The position numbers and the translations under genes are program-made. The notes under the pieces are model-generated. The model saw nothing but the letters and a program-made list of their open reading frames with translations, did not search any database and was not told the DNA's origin. A DNA stretch of 33,604 bases, taken from an uncultured Chlorobiaceae bacterium. Its GTDB lineage: Bacteria > Bacteroidota > Chlorobiia > Chlorobiales > Chlorobiaceae. This document shows positions 8,808 through 19,769 of this stretch, one piece after another. Positions within the stretch are counted from its first letter, which is position 1; the number at the start of each line of letters is the position of its first letter. The stretch lies in NCBI GenBank assembly GCA_903904495.1, contig CAIVCU010000378.1, positions 1 through 33,604 of the forward strand, in the 5' to 3' direction.

Positions 8808-8972
8808 TGTTGAGCCTCTTTGTTAACATGCTTACCGGCATCACCTTCTGCACAATACTGTCATCAGAAAGTTGCAGTAGTGATATTTCATGAGGTCAAA
8901 GATACTATCTCTTCCTGAAATAATGAACCCTTGAGCATATTCTTGCTGAGAAACCAGATAAACCCTGCCAGT

Positions 8973-9734
8973 ATGACGCCGGAATATATTGTTCCACACT
9001 CCTTCAGACAATTCGGCGAACTCATCGCTCTGCAAAGCACAAGAACAGGCGGTGTAAGCAAAGGGCCCTATGCGGCTCTGAATCTTGGCATAAATACCCG
9101 TGACAGTGCGGAAATGGTTCATGAAAACACCCTCAGGCTCTGCGCAGCGGCAGGTATTAATCCCGAAAGATTGGTCAGCTCCGAACAGGTTCACGGCACA
9201 GAAATACTGACAGCCGAAAAACCGGGAAGATACCAGGGTTACGACGCATTCATTACCGGCAAAACAGACCTCCATTTATGCATCTTCACTGCGGACTGCT
9301 ATCCTGTACTGATTTTCGACCCGCGGCATCATGCTACAGGAGCGGTTCATGCCGGCTGGAAAGGAAGTGCAGGACGGATTGTGATGAAAACCGTTGCCGC
9401 CATGCAGAAAAACTTTAACTCCATTCCTGCAGAGTGCTTCGCCTATATCGGAACCGGAATTTCATCAGCCGCCTATGAGGTTGGTCTTGATGTCGCAAGG
9501 GAATTTCCATCGGACAGCTGTCTGCCTTCCCCTTTTTCGACCGATGAAGGGAGATACATGCTTGATCTCGGCATGGTAAACTGCCGGCAGCTGATTGACT
9601 CAGGTATTCCCGCACAAAATATTGAACGATCTCAATTCTGCTCATTTGGTGACAGCAGCATGTTTTTCTCCTATCGCCGCGATAATGGAATAACCGGACG
9701 CATGGTCAGCATCATCGGTGTCAGGCCGCAGTAA
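8973..9734 (+). CDS. pgeF: Peptidoglycan editing factor PgeF / YfiH (purine nucleoside phosphorylase, laccase-domain family)
   Basis: Motifs STRTGGVS, LNLG, QVHG, TADCYPV, HAGWKG, FFSYRRD and TGRM. Confidence 0.93.
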   Translation: MTPEYIVPHSFRQFGELIALQSTRTGGVSKGPYAALNLGINTRDSAEMVHENTLRLCAAAGINPERLVSSEQVHGTEILTAEKPGRYQGYDAFITGKTDLHLCIFTADCYPVLIFDPRHHATGAVHAGWKGSAGRIVMKTVAAMQKNFNSIPAECFAYIGTGISSAAYEVGLDVAREFPSDSCLPSPFSTDEGRYMLDLGMVNCRQLIDSGIPAQNIERSQFCSFGDSSMFFSYRRDNGITGRMVSIIGVRPQ

Positions 9735-9749
9735 GACCGGCATAACCTG

Positions 9750-11042
9750 TTACAGATACCCCTTGCCGTATGAGCCGAAAAGCTTATGGGCCTCGCGGGA
9801 AATATCCTCCCTGAAATCAGGATGCGCAATGCTTGCAAGCGCTTCAGCTCTCTGCCGGAGATTTTTACCGTGCAGATTGACAATACCGAATTCGGTAACC
9901 ACATACTGCACATGAGCTCTGGTCGTAACAACACCTGCCCCTGGTTTCAGCTGCGGCACAATCCTCGACAACCCCTTGCTTGTCGTCGACGGCATCGCGA
10001 TAATCGGCTTGCCTCCCTCAGAAAGTGCCGCACCGCGAATAAAATCCATCTGACCGCCAACGCCTGAAAAAAATTTCTGACCGATCGAATCAGCACATAC
10101 CTGACCTGTCATGTCAATTTCGAGGGCACTGTTGATCGCCGTCACACGGGGATTTCTCCTGATCTCCCTGGTATCGTTGACATAATCCGAGGGCAGCATC
10201 GCAACAAGCGGATTGTCATCCACAAAATCATACAATTTTCTCGTTCCTATAAGAAAGCTTGCCACAATCATCTCCTTATGGCTCCGCTTTTTACGGCCGT
10301 TAATCACACCTTTCTCAACAAGGTCTATTATCCCGTCCGAAAACATCTCCGAATGAATGCCAAGGTCCTTATGCCCTGAAAGCGACGCAAGTGTAGCATC
10401 AGGAATAGCGCCTATGCCCAGCTGAAGTGTGGCCCCATCCTCAACGATAGTTGCAATATGGCTGCCGATACGTATCTCAACATCACTCAAAGCATGTCTG
10501 GGCGTTTCGAGAATGGGATCAGACACCTCAACCATGGCATGGATCTTACTCATATGAAGCAGTCCTTCGCCAAGCGTTCGAGGCATATTCGGATTCACCT
10601 GAGCGATAACAAGCTTTGCGGAATGGACCGCAGCAAGGGTGACATCGACTGAAACACCGAGCGAACAATAGCCGTGACAGTCCGGAGGCGAAACATGCAC
10701 CAGGGCAACATCCAGAGGCAGAATTTTATTCTGGAACAGGAAGGGGATTTCGCTCAGAAAAACCGGAATCGCATCAGCGTCACCATGCTGAACAGACTGA
10801 CGGACATTTTTACCGACAAACAGAGCATTCAATCTGAAACTCTCACGATACTCAGGCCTTGTATAGGCAGCATCACCCTCAGTATGAAGACTGACGATCT
10901 CTACATTTCTCAACTCAGCTGAACGCTGAACCATCGCATCGATAAGACGCTGCGGAGTTGCAGCCGCAGTATGCAGAAAAACCCTGTCTCCGGATTTAAT
11001 TTTTGTTACTGCTTCTTCTGCGGGCAGGGAACGATAATTCAT
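9750..11042 (-). CDS. Acetyl-CoA hydrolase/CoA-transferase family protein (4-hydroxybutyrate CoA-transferase-like)
   Basis: Motifs VSPPD.HGYCSLG, LQLGIGAIP, LGIHSEMFSDG (catalytic Glu), GVGGQMDFIRGA and AHPDFRE. SD sequence AAGGAG. Confidence 0.92.
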   Translation of the reverse strand: MNYRSLPAEEAVTKIKSGDRVFLHTAAATPQRLIDAMVQRSAELRNVEIVSLHTEGDAAYTRPEYRESFRLNALFVGKNVRQSVQHGDADAIPVFLSEIPFLFQNKILPLDVALVHVSPPDCHGYCSLGVSVDVTLAAVHSAKLVIAQVNPNMPRTLGEGLLHMSKIHAMVEVSDPILETPRHALSDVEIRIGSHIATIVEDGATLQLGIGAIPDATLASLSGHKDLGIHSEMFSDGIIDLVEKGVINGRKKRSHKEMIVASFLIGTRKLYDFVDDNPLVAMLPSDYVNDTREIRRNPRVTAINSALEIDMTGQVCADSIGQKFFSGVGGQMDFIRGAALSEGGKPIIAMPSTTSKGLSRIVPQLKPGAGVVTTRAHVQYVVTEFGIVNLHGKNLRQRAEALASIAHPDFREDISREAHKLFGSYGKGYL

Positions 11043-11071
11043 TAACTCCTTATGTTCGTTTAAAATTACAT

Positions 11072-12364
11072 TCAGACACCGTTATTCTTCCGGCGGAGAT
11101 ACGCCGGGGTATCTGACAGGCCTTTCTCAATCTTATCTTCGCGCTCTGAGGAACCGCTACTGCTCAAAGGATTATGACTGTCATCAGGAGCGCTGTTTTT
11201 TCTGGTGCCGGCCTCACGGGAATCATGTATCGACAACTGCCTTCTTATATAAGCAGGAATACGCAGATCCTCCACCTGCCTCTCAGAATAAAGAGAAGCG
11301 GCCGGTCTCACGGATGGAGCAACCTGACCTGATCTGATACCATGCACCGGACTGACAGGACGTCGGACAACTGAGTCCTTTCCATCCTCCTCCGCTTTTC
11401 GCTTGAACCCGGTAACAATGACAGTCACCCTGATTTCACCCGATACCTGAGGTTCATCCACATAGCCATTGATAATCTTGGCTTCACTGCCGACCTGCTC
11501 CTCAATATAGTTCATCGCGTCCGACATATCCCGCATGGTGACCTCGCCGGTAATATTGACCAGTACGCCTTTGGCTCCCTTGACCGATACGCCTTCAAGA
11601 AGTGGACTGTTGAGAGCATCCGATGAAGCCTTGAGAGCCCGGCGGTCACCTGCGGCGGCGGCAGAGCCCATAACGGCATCTCCCGCTCCCGACATGATGC
11701 TGCGGACATCTGCAAAATCAACATTGACATGCCCATGACGGGTAATAATATCAGCAATACCTTTAGCTGCCCTGTACAGAACATCATTCGCCATGTTGAA
11801 CGCTTCGGTAGCGCTTACCCCCTCCTCGGCAATACTCAGTATCTTTTCATTTTCAACGAGAATAAGAGTATCGATGTATTTTCGCAGTTCTGCAATTCCA
11901 CCGTCAGCAATCTTGGCTTTCACCTGTCCTTCAAAATTGAACGGCCGGGTGACAACTCCGATAGTGAGTATGCCCATATTCCTTGCAATCGAGGCAATAA
12001 CCGGAGCAGCACCTGTACCGGTACCCTTGCCCATGCCGGCGGCAATAAAGACAAGGTCGGCACCTCTGAGCTGCGCCGCAATGATTTCGCGGTCATCATC
12101 AGCAGCCTGCCGGCCCTTTGCCGGGTCAGCTCCGGCACCAAGTCCGTTTGTAGCTTTCTTGCCTATCTGCACCCGTAGAGGAGCTTTCGAATTCAGGAGC
12201 GCCTGACGGTCCGTATTAAACACGATATACTCAACGCCGCTTATTTTCCTGTCAATCATGTTATTTACAGCATTGCCGCCGCAACCGCCTACGCCGACAA
12301 TCCTTATGGTAACCCCTTTACCCTGGTCACTGTCGAACAGGCCGGGGTCCAGTTCAAATGCCAT
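11072..12364 (-). CDS. ftsZ: Cell division protein FtsZ
   Basis: Motifs [40 protein letters not shown] and the T7 loop NVDFADV. Confidence 0.98.
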   Translation of the reverse strand: MAFELDPGLFDSDQGKGVTIRIVGVGGCGGNAVNNMIDRKISGVEYIVFNTDRQALLNSKAPLRVQIGKKATNGLGAGADPAKGRQAADDDREIIAAQLRGADLVFIAAGMGKGTGTGAAPVIASIARNMGILTIGVVTRPFNFEGQVKAKIADGGIAELRKYIDTLILVENEKILSIAEEGVSATEAFNMANDVLYRAAKGIADIITRHGHVNVDFADVRSIMSGAGDAVMGSAAAAGDRRALKASSDALNSPLLEGVSVKGAKGVLVNITGEVTMRDMSDAMNYIEEQVGSEAKIINGYVDEPQVSGEIRVTVIVTGFKRKAEEDGKDSVVRRPVSPVHGIRSGQVAPSVRPAASLYSERQVEDLRIPAYIRRQLSIHDSREAGTRKNSAPDDSHNPLSSSGSSEREDKIEKGLSDTPAYLRRKNNGV

Positions 12365-12406
12365 TGGTCAGTTCTCCTCTTTAAAAAGCCGTTCTTTGAT
12401 CTCTCA

Positions 12407-13708
12407 TCACAAATTATCCCAGAATTTCTTCATCCTGTCCACAATTTTCTTTGCCGCCGGATTCTGCTCATGCACCTCCGGCTCCTCCGTGAACGGTGCG
12501 GGTATATCAGGCTGAACCACCTCTGCTGAAGATGAAAAATTATGATATTCCGAGAGATTGTTCTGAAATGCATGGGCAACGAGCCCCATAACGGTAGCAT
12601 ACATCGGATTATTAACGGAGCCCTTGATCCCGCCCGATACCCCTTCAGGATAACCGATTCGAACATCAAGCGCCAGAACATCATGGGCAAGCTCTTCGGT
12701 ACCCGGCAGAAGGGAGCCTCCTCCCGTTATTATTGCGCCGGCATTGATATATTCATAATAGCCCGACCGCTTTATCGAATCACGCACAAGCTCCAGAATC
12801 TCCATCATCCTTGCTTCAATGATCATGGTCAACGAGCTCTTCGGAAAAGTTTTCTGCGGACGGCCCTCAATACCTTCTATAAGAATATCCTCATCATCTC
12901 CGCTCATTGGAGCGTAGGCACAGCCATGCTTTATCTTCAACTCTTCAGCGACTTCGTAAAGAGCTTTCACGCCATGAGCCAGATCATGAGTGACATCATT
13001 TGCGGCAACTTTGATGACCTCAGAATAGCGGATCGCTCCGTCAATATAGATTGCCACCTCCGTGGTGCCGCCTCCGATATCAATGACAACCACACCGCTT
13101 TTCTTCTCACGCTCCTTCATCACGGCCATGCCGGAGGCAACCGGTTCAAAGGTAACCGCGCTGATCTCCAGCCCTGCCTTCTCGACACACTGCTTGATAT
13201 TGCGGATCTTTGTTCTCAGACCGACAACGATATAAGCGCTGCCTCTCATTGTCGTCCCGGCCATTCCTATCGGATCAAGCAGTCCCTCCTGATCATCAAC
13301 AATAAACTCCTGCGGAATGACATGAATAATTTCATGATCAATATCCAGATACCTGATATTGGTCTTGGCCTTTTCCAGAAACCGCTTTACATCCGAATCA
13401 TTGACAATCCCGGTCTGGTTGATGCTTATTTCCGAATTACTGTGAATACAGTGGACATGTGCACCGGAAATACCGACATTGACACCGAGAATGCGAATGG
13501 ACGACTCCCGTTCAGCATCAGCGACGGCAGCCTTTATCGCATCCACGGTCTTGTTGATATTGACAACTGTCGCCCTCTGAAGGCCATCGGAATTGGAACG
13601 TCCTTTTCCAAGCACATTGAGCTTTCCTAGCACATCTTTTTCGGCAACCACGACGCACACCTTGGTAGTACCGATATCAAGACCAACAGCGATATTGCTT
13701 TTCAGCAT
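12407..13708 (-). CDS. ftsA: Cell division protein FtsA
   Basis: Actin-fold motifs GLDIGTTKV, IDIGGGTTE and ITGGG, plus the C-terminal amphipathic helix RMKKFWDNL. Confidence 0.97.
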   Translation of the reverse strand: MLKSNIAVGLDIGTTKVCVVVAEKDVLGKLNVLGKGRSNSDGLQRATVVNINKTVDAIKAAVADAERESSIRILGVNVGISGAHVHCIHSNSEISINQTGIVNDSDVKRFLEKAKTNIRYLDIDHEIIHVIPQEFIVDDQEGLLDPIGMAGTTMRGSAYIVVGLRTKIRNIKQCVEKAGLEISAVTFEPVASGMAVMKEREKKSGVVVIDIGGGTTEVAIYIDGAIRYSEVIKVAANDVTHDLAHGVKALYEVAEELKIKHGCAYAPMSGDDEDILIEGIEGRPQKTFPKSSLTMIIEARMMEILELVRDSIKRSGYYEYINAGAIITGGGSLLPGTEELAHDVLALDVRIGYPEGVSGGIKGSVNNPMYATVMGLVAHAFQNNLSEYHNFSSSAEVVQPDIPAPFTEEPEVHEQNPAAKKIVDRMKKFWDNL

Positions 13709-13726
13709 TGTTCTATTTCTGCATAA

Positions 13727-14617
13727 TTATAACTGGGGACCAGCCTGCGTGGCCTGGGGCGATACAACATCAATTGTAAAGATCCTGTCTGTGAACCTCA
13801 TATCCACGCTTTCATAAGAGCCAAACCCTTTTTTCGACACAACCTTTTGCCAAAATATCTCGAATTTTTTCAACTTTTCCTTGAAGTTCCCGTCATTACC
13901 GACAATAAAACGGGTAGGAGCCTGAACGGCGATGAAGTAGGTCATATTGTTGCCCTGAAGGTGGAGTTCCCGAATGAGCAGGCGCGCATAATTAGTCCTT
14001 GAAAGCGCATCAAGAAATTGACGGAGCACCTCTATGTCACGACTGTCAAGCCGCTGCAAACCATTTCCTCCGGCCTTCAGCCGGCTGATGCCCGAAACAG
14101 TCAGCAATATTGGAACCTGCGCTGAAAACTCTTTTTTCCCCGGCAGAAGAAATCCCTCAGTGTCAACAGCCATAATATTGCCATCCATCACCGTCAACGC
14201 CAGAGGCACCCGCTCCAGAACCCTTATACGGACAATGCCGTTAAGCTCCTTGCTGATCACCGCATCCCTGACATAAGGAAACTGCATAACCCTCGCTTTT
14301 AAATCAGCAGGATCAAGTTCCTGGAGATTTCTGCCTTTATAGACAAGCATGCCTGTTGAAAACTCCTTCGCGACAGCACTCGAAACCCCCTCAACAACGA
14401 TATCACGGACAACTACCTCCTTTTTCCATCGCATCGAATAAAAGGCCAGCGATGCCAAACCGGCAAGCACAACGATAAAAATAAATACTTTTGCTTTTCC
14501 GTTATGAGCCGCCGCAGGCTCATAACGGCTTTCCACTCCTTCACCGCCCTCAGAAGATCCCTGAGGAGCCATATCAGGGTAATAACCCGAATATTCCTTT
14601 CGTTCCCGTTCAGGCAT
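13727..14617 (-). CDS. ftsQ: Cell division protein FtsQ
   Basis: Single TM, POTRA-like region (P.VRDA.I...IRVLERVP), C-terminal VDMRF..RI; located between murC and ftsA. Confidence 0.85.
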   Translation of the reverse strand: MPERERKEYSGYYPDMAPQGSSEGGEGVESRYEPAAAHNGKAKVFIFIVVLAGLASLAFYSMRWKKEVVVRDIVVEGVSSAVAKEFSTGMLVYKGRNLQELDPADLKARVMQFPYVRDAVISKELNGIVRIRVLERVPLALTVMDGNIMAVDTEGFLLPGKKEFSAQVPILLTVSGISRLKAGGNGLQRLDSRDIEVLRQFLDALSRTNYARLLIRELHLQGNNMTYFIAVQAPTRFIVGNDGNFKEKLKKFEIFWQKVVSKKGFGSYESVDMRFTDRIFTIDVVSPQATQAGPQL

Positions 14618-14649
14618 AAGCAAAGGTTATTTCAAATCCTTTCATGAAC

Positions 14650-16059
14650 TCACTCACATTTACCGGAAGCTTTCTCACGGCACACCCCGGCAACTCTCGA
14701 AGCCAGAAGAGTGATATCCCCGGCACCCATGAACAGAAGCATATTCCGATTCTCAATATGCTCCACGAGAGCGGTAAAAAGCGCCTCCTTTTCAGCAATA
14801 TACTCCACATGCTTTCCCCCTGCCTTTCGAACAGCCGCAGCAACCAGATCCCCGTTAACGCCGGGGAAATCCTCAGACTTTTCACGCGAAGGATAAACAT
14901 CGGCAATATACACCATATCCGCCCTGGAAAGCGCCCAGCCGTATTCATCCGCAAACTCCCTGGTGCGGGAAAACAGATGCGGCTGAAAAACAGCAACAAC
15001 TTTGGAATCAATCCATCCGCTTTTAGCCGCCTTGACGGTCGCTTTGACTTCGGAAGGATGATGTGCATAATCATCAACAACCATTAATCCGGCGCCATTG
15101 TCATATTTAACCTGAAACCTTCTCCTCATGCCGCTATACCTGCCGAGGCCGGCAATCAGCCGTTCAGGCTCAATACCCAGCTCAATACCCGCTGAAAACG
15201 CCGCAAGGGCGTTAAGCACATTGTGCCGACCCGGCACATTGATGCAGACATCGCGATACTCCCGGCCATAAGCCTGAACGGTAAAGAGAGCCCGCTGTTT
15301 TTCAAGCACGATATCCGTTGCCATAACATCGGCCGGCTCGTCGATCCCGAACGTGGTATACAGACGGTTCATGGACGGGATGATCTTTCTGATCTCCGGC
15401 CAGTCGACACAACAGATCACACGCCCGTAAAAAGGCACTTCGTTGGCAAAAGCAATAAACGCCTGTTTCAATTCATCCAGAGTTCCGTACGTATCCATAT
15501 GCTCGGACTCAAGACTGTTGACAATGGCAATCGTCGGCGTAAGCTTTAAAAAAGCGCGGTCAAACTCATCAGCCTCGATCACCATATACTTTCCATCGCC
15601 GACAACGGTACTGCCTTTCAGATAGTCCGATATTCCTCCGATCATGACGGTTGGCGACTCTCCCGACTCGATAAGCATCGTGGCAATCATGGCGGTAGTG
15701 GTTGTCTTCCCATGAGTGCCGGCAATGCATATTCCGTATTTATATCGCATGAGCTCGCCGAGCATCTCATCCCGCTTTATAACAGGAATGCCTGCTTTTT
15801 CAGCAGCCAGGATCTCAATATTCTCTTCCGGCCTGATCGCTGATGAATAAACAACAACATCGCACGAAGCAATCTGCTCAGCCCGATGTCCCCGATAGAT
15901 CACAGCTCCATGCTCGGTCAGTTTGTCGGTTACCTCACCGGAAGAGAGGTCAGAGCCCGAAACCCCGAAGCCCGACTTCAGGAGCAGTTCCGCTATGGCG
16001 CTCATTCCTGCACCTCCGATTCCAACTATATGAACGCTTTTTGTTTTTCCGAGTTCCAT
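14650..16059 (-). CDS. murC: UDP-N-acetylmuramate--L-alanine ligase
   Basis: Motifs [41 protein letters not shown] and MGAGDI. ATG at 16059. Confidence 0.97.
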   Translation of the reverse strand: MELGKTKSVHIVGIGGAGMSAIAELLLKSGFGVSGSDLSSGEVTDKLTEHGAVIYRGHRAEQIASCDVVVYSSAIRPEENIEILAAEKAGIPVIKRDEMLGELMRYKYGICIAGTHGKTTTTAMIATMLIESGESPTVMIGGISDYLKGSTVVGDGKYMVIEADEFDRAFLKLTPTIAIVNSLESEHMDTYGTLDELKQAFIAFANEVPFYGRVICCVDWPEIRKIIPSMNRLYTTFGIDEPADVMATDIVLEKQRALFTVQAYGREYRDVCINVPGRHNVLNALAAFSAGIELGIEPERLIAGLGRYSGMRRRFQVKYDNGAGLMVVDDYAHHPSEVKATVKAAKSGWIDSKVVAVFQPHLFSRTREFADEYGWALSRADMVYIADVYPSREKSEDFPGVNGDLVAAAVRKAGGKHVEYIAEKEALFTALVEHIENRNMLLFMGAGDITLLASRVAGVCREKASGKCE

Positions 16060-16078
16060 GTGTGTTACGCTCTCTTCC

Positions 16079-17176
16079 TTAATGTTTTTTTGCAAGACCG
16101 ATGATTCGCAAAGCAAGCTGACGGGCCGCATCCGGATATGCAAGTTTGAGGGAGGCAGCTCCCATGCTTTTCAGTTTTTCCGGATCCCGCAGCAGCTCAA
16201 GAATATTTTTTACCGAACTCTCTTCACCGAGCACCCCATCTTCAATCATGACCGCCGCCCCGTTCTTGACCAGCGCCCGGGCATTATAACGCTGATGATC
16301 ACCGGTAGCATACGGATAGGGCACAAGTACCGAAGGTTTCCCGATATTGGTCAGCTCCGCGATAGTTGATGCACCAGCCCGGCACAAAACAAGATCAGCC
16401 GCACTATAGGCTGACCCCATATCCTCAATGTAGGGAGCTACCCATAGGTAAGGCGACGGCGCAACAGCATCCTTAATCCGCTCGAAATCAAGTGCACCTG
16501 TCTGCCATATCAGATTAGCCGACGCGGTAATGTCGTTGAGTCGCTGCAGCACAGCATTATTTATCGACCGAGCCCCCCGGCTGCCGCCGAAAACAAGCAG
16601 GGTGGGCCGCTCTGCGTTCAGACCGAATCCATGCCTTGCGACCTGCGAATCCTGATATTCAAACGAACGCGCAGGATTGCCTGAAACAAAGACACTCTTT
16701 TTATTGACAATAAACCTCCTGGCTTCTTCAAAAGAAAGATGCACTTCGCCGGCAAGTGTCGACAGCAGCTTTGTCGTTACACCCGGAAATGCATTCTGCT
16801 CCTGAATCAGTGTTTTTTTCCGCATAAGCTGAGCCGCGAGAAGCAATGGGGCGCTGACAAACCCGCCGGTACCGACAACTACATCAGGGTTCTCCCGACC
16901 AATAAGGGCAACCGCACGTCCAAGTGCAGAAGTAAAATCGGCGAGCACTCCCGCATTGGCAGCGATATTTGCAAGAAATGCTCCTCTTTTCAACCCTCTG
17001 ACCGGCAGAAGATGGAGCCTGTAACCGAGTCTCGGAACTTCGGTCGACTCTATGCCGGCAACCGTCCCGACGAATGAAATCCCTGCGTCCACCACCAGCT
17101 TCCGGAGCTCTGAGGCCATTGCAACAGCAGGATATAAATGACCTCCCGTTCCCCCACCCGCAAAAAGAACCTTCAT
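16079..17176 (-). CDS. murG: Lipid II GlcNAc transferase MurG
   Basis: Motifs [39 protein letters not shown] and HQRYNA. Confidence 0.98.
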   Translation of the reverse strand: MKVLFAGGGTGGHLYPAVAMASELRKLVVDAGISFVGTVAGIESTEVPRLGYRLHLLPVRGLKRGAFLANIAANAGVLADFTSALGRAVALIGRENPDVVVGTGGFVSAPLLLAAQLMRKKTLIQEQNAFPGVTTKLLSTLAGEVHLSFEEARRFIVNKKSVFVSGNPARSFEYQDSQVARHGFGLNAERPTLLVFGGSRGARSINNAVLQRLNDITASANLIWQTGALDFERIKDAVAPSPYLWVAPYIEDMGSAYSAADLVLCRAGASTIAELTNIGKPSVLVPYPYATGDHQRYNARALVKNGAAVMIEDGVLGEESSVKNILELLRDPEKLKSMGAASLKLAYPDAARQLALRIIGLAKKH

Positions 17177-18378
17177 GCGGCCCCCTCCTCTGCCATTTCC
17201 GGCTGAACACTCTTTTCAATCGCCCGTTTCTTGTAGCGGGATATACTCATAAGAATACCGACACCTAGAGAGTTGAGCAGCAGCGCTGTACCGCCATAGC
17301 TGATAAAAGGAAGCGCGACGCCGGTGGTAGGAATCAGATGACAGGCGACGGCAATATTGATAAAGGCAAAAAGAGTTATAGCCATGGTGATGCCGCAGGC
17401 AACATATTTTCCGAAATTATCGGGAGCATGCTTGGCGATGATAAGTCCACAGACAAAAAAACCTGTAAAAAGCGCAATGAGCGCCACCCCGCCCACAAAC
17501 CCGTACTCCTCGCCGATAACGACAAACACAAAATCATTATAAGAGAGCGGCAGATAGAGATCCCGTTGCTTGCTGGCTCCAATGCCGAGGCCGAACAGCC
17601 CCCCGTTTCCCAGACCGATCAATGCTTGCACGACCTGATAGCTTATCACTTTTTCATCTTTACTGGTAAATGAGAGCAGACGTGCCATCCGGTACGGCGC
17701 AGCAATGGCAAACACAACCGCAATTGGAATCAGGAGCGAAAACGTCGCAAGCAGATGCCGCATATTGACACCGCCGATAAACATAAGCATAAACCCTATC
17801 AGAGCAATAAGCGATGCTGTACTGAAATTCGGTTCAAAAGCCACAAGAGCAACAACGGTCATCAGAATGGTGAGCAGGGGATAATAGGAGTTATTGAGGT
17901 CCTTTATATAACTCTGTTTTTCAGTGATAAGCCTGGAAAAATGAAAGATGATGGCATATTTCGCAAAATCCGACACCTGAAATCTCAGCGGCCCGAACCC
18001 TATCCAGCGCGCCGCACCTGAAATACGTCCGATAGCCTTCAGGGCAAGAAGTGTGGTCAGAAGAACAATGCTTGCAACAAGAATGATCTTGCTGGTCTTC
18101 CAGAAAAAATGATAATCAAGTTGCGCAACCAGCAGAATAGTGATGATGCCGATGACAGAAAAAGTCAGCTGGCGCCATAAAAAATACTCGGAGCTTGAAT
18201 ATTTTGTTTCAGCCCACCCCGCTCCGCTGCTGTACACAATTACCACTCCGATGCACATGAGAATGGCTACAATGAGCATCAGCAATTTTCCGGCAATTAC
18301 CTCTCCCCGTGAAGGCAATGCCAGTGCGTCCGAAGGATTGACCACAACGAAGCCGGATGTTGTATCTGTATTCAGCAT
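17173..18378 (-). CDS. ftsW: SEDS glycosyltransferase FtsW
   Basis: Polytopic membrane protein with [30 protein letters not shown] and [17 protein letters not shown] 18378 overlaps the murD stop. Confidence 0.95.
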   Translation of the reverse strand: MLNTDTTSGFVVVNPSDALALPSRGEVIAGKLLMLIVAILMCIGVVIVYSSGAGWAETKYSSSEYFLWRQLTFSVIGIITILLVAQLDYHFFWKTSKIILVASIVLLTTLLALKAIGRISGAARWIGFGPLRFQVSDFAKYAIIFHFSRLITEKQSYIKDLNNSYYPLLTILMTVVALVAFEPNFSTASLIALIGFMLMFIGGVNMRHLLATFSLLIPIAVVFAIAAPYRMARLLSFTSKDEKVISYQVVQALIGLGNGGLFGLGIGASKQRDLYLPLSYNDFVFVVIGEEYGFVGGVALIALFTGFFVCGLIIAKHAPDNFGKYVACGITMAITLFAFINIAVACHLIPTTGVALPFISYGGTALLLNSLGVGILMSISRYKKRAIEKSVQPEMAEEGAA

Positions 18379-19769
18379 GGTTGTAACTGATGAACGCATT
18401 GTTTGAACTTGATTCCGCGATCCTCGAAATTCTCAAACATATCAAAACTGGCGCACCCGGGCGAAAACAGCACAGTCTCACCTTCCACTGCAGCTTCATG
18501 GGCAAGCGCCACTGCATCAGCGAGCGAACCCGCCTCACTGACCGCAACAATACCCTCAAAAGCAGCGGAGATCTTTCCCTGCGACTCTCCGATGGCAATA
18601 AGGAGTGAAACTTTTTCTCTTACAAGCCGGGCAATAGAGGTATAATCATTCCCTTTATCCTGACCGCCCGCAATAAGCACACAGGTGCCCGGAACAGACT
18701 CAAGCGCCTGACGCATGGCATTGATATTGGTGGCTTTCGAATCGTTGACCCAGCTTGCTCCGTTCAGCGTCATGACAAACTCCTGACGATGTTCAACACC
18801 TTTGAACTCTCTCAGCACCGAACGCACAACCTCATTACCGATACCCAGCGCCCTCGCCGCCGCAACTGCCGCAAGCACATTGGATATATTGTGCCGCCCG
18901 CGAAAGCTGTTTTTCAGAAACTCTGCTGTCTCAATAACCTGGTCGTCACCATCGGGTGTCCGCACAACAATCATCTCCCCGTCAACCAGAACTTCACGAC
19001 GATCAATCCCGCCATCGGCAGCAGGCTCCAATCCGAACGGAACAATCGCGAATGGGAATTCCCATCCGGCAAAATGCTCCCTCAGCAACTCGTCGTCCTC
19101 ATTATAAATAAGCGTATCTGCATCACCCTGATTCGCATAAATCCTGAACTTCGTCGCAGCATACCGGTAAATATCGCCTTCATAACGGTTGAGATGATCC
19201 GGTGTAATATTGGTAATCACGGCAACATCCGGCCTGAAGGTAAAGCATCGCTCCAGCTGGTAACTGCTCAGCTCAACTACAGCAATATCACCTTCTGTCA
19301 TATCCTGCACCAATGAAGAAAAAGGCACCCCGATATTGCCGGCACTGAAAGAGCGATACCCGTTCCGGAGGCCATCAGCCTCGCAGATACGATGAACCAG
19401 CGTCGAAGTGGTAGTTTTACCATCCGTTCCTGTTATCCCGACAATTTTCGCCTTGCAGAAACGACTGGCCAGCTCTATTTCACTGACAATGTGAATCCCT
19501 TTTGACTCCAGATTTTTCACAACCTGGGAATACGGGGGAATTCCCGGGCTGATAACACAAAAATCCGCATCATAAACCCTATCCGAATGCCCTTCATGCT
19601 CTACGGATATCTTCTTTTTCTGCAGACGCAGAACCTCATGCTCCTCAATCCGGCCAGACTCACTGAGCAACACATCCGCACCCGCACTGCAAAGGAGCTC
19701 CGCTGCAGCAATACCACTCTTCCCTGCACCGATAACCGATACCTTTCTACCCTGGAAATCCATCGTCAT
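18372..19769 (-). CDS. murD: UDP-N-acetylmuramoyl-L-alanine--D-glutamate ligase
   Basis: Motifs [40 protein letters not shown] and [15 protein letters not shown] overlap with mraY. Confidence 0.97.
   Translation of the reverse strand: MTMDFQGRKVSVIGAGKSGIAAAELLCSAGADVLLSESGRIEEHEVLRLQKKKISVEHEGHSDRVYDADFCVISPGIPPYSQVVKNLESKGIHIVSEIELASRFCKAKIVGITGTDGKTTTSTLVHRICEADGLRNGYRSFSAGNIGVPFSSLVQDMTEGDIAVVELSSYQLERCFTFRPDVAVITNITPDHLNRYEGDIYRYAATKFRIYANQGDADTLIYNEDDELLREHFAGWEFPFAIVPFGLEPAADGGIDRREVLVDGEMIVVRTPDGDDQVIETAEFLKNSFRGRHNISNVLAAVAAARALGIGNEVVRSVLREFKGVEHRQEFVMTLNGASWVNDSKATNINAMRQALESVPGTCVLIAGGQDKGNDYTSIARLVREKVSLLIAIGESQGKISAAFEGIVAVSEAGSLADAVALAHEAAVEGETVLFSPGCASFDMFENFEDRGIKFKQCVHQLQPC

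Noticed and set aside
12542-13630. 362-aa ORF on the + strand antisense to ftsA
   Set aside because: It lies entirely within ftsA, has no recognisable motifs, and is consistent with an antisense shadow of ftsA codon usage.
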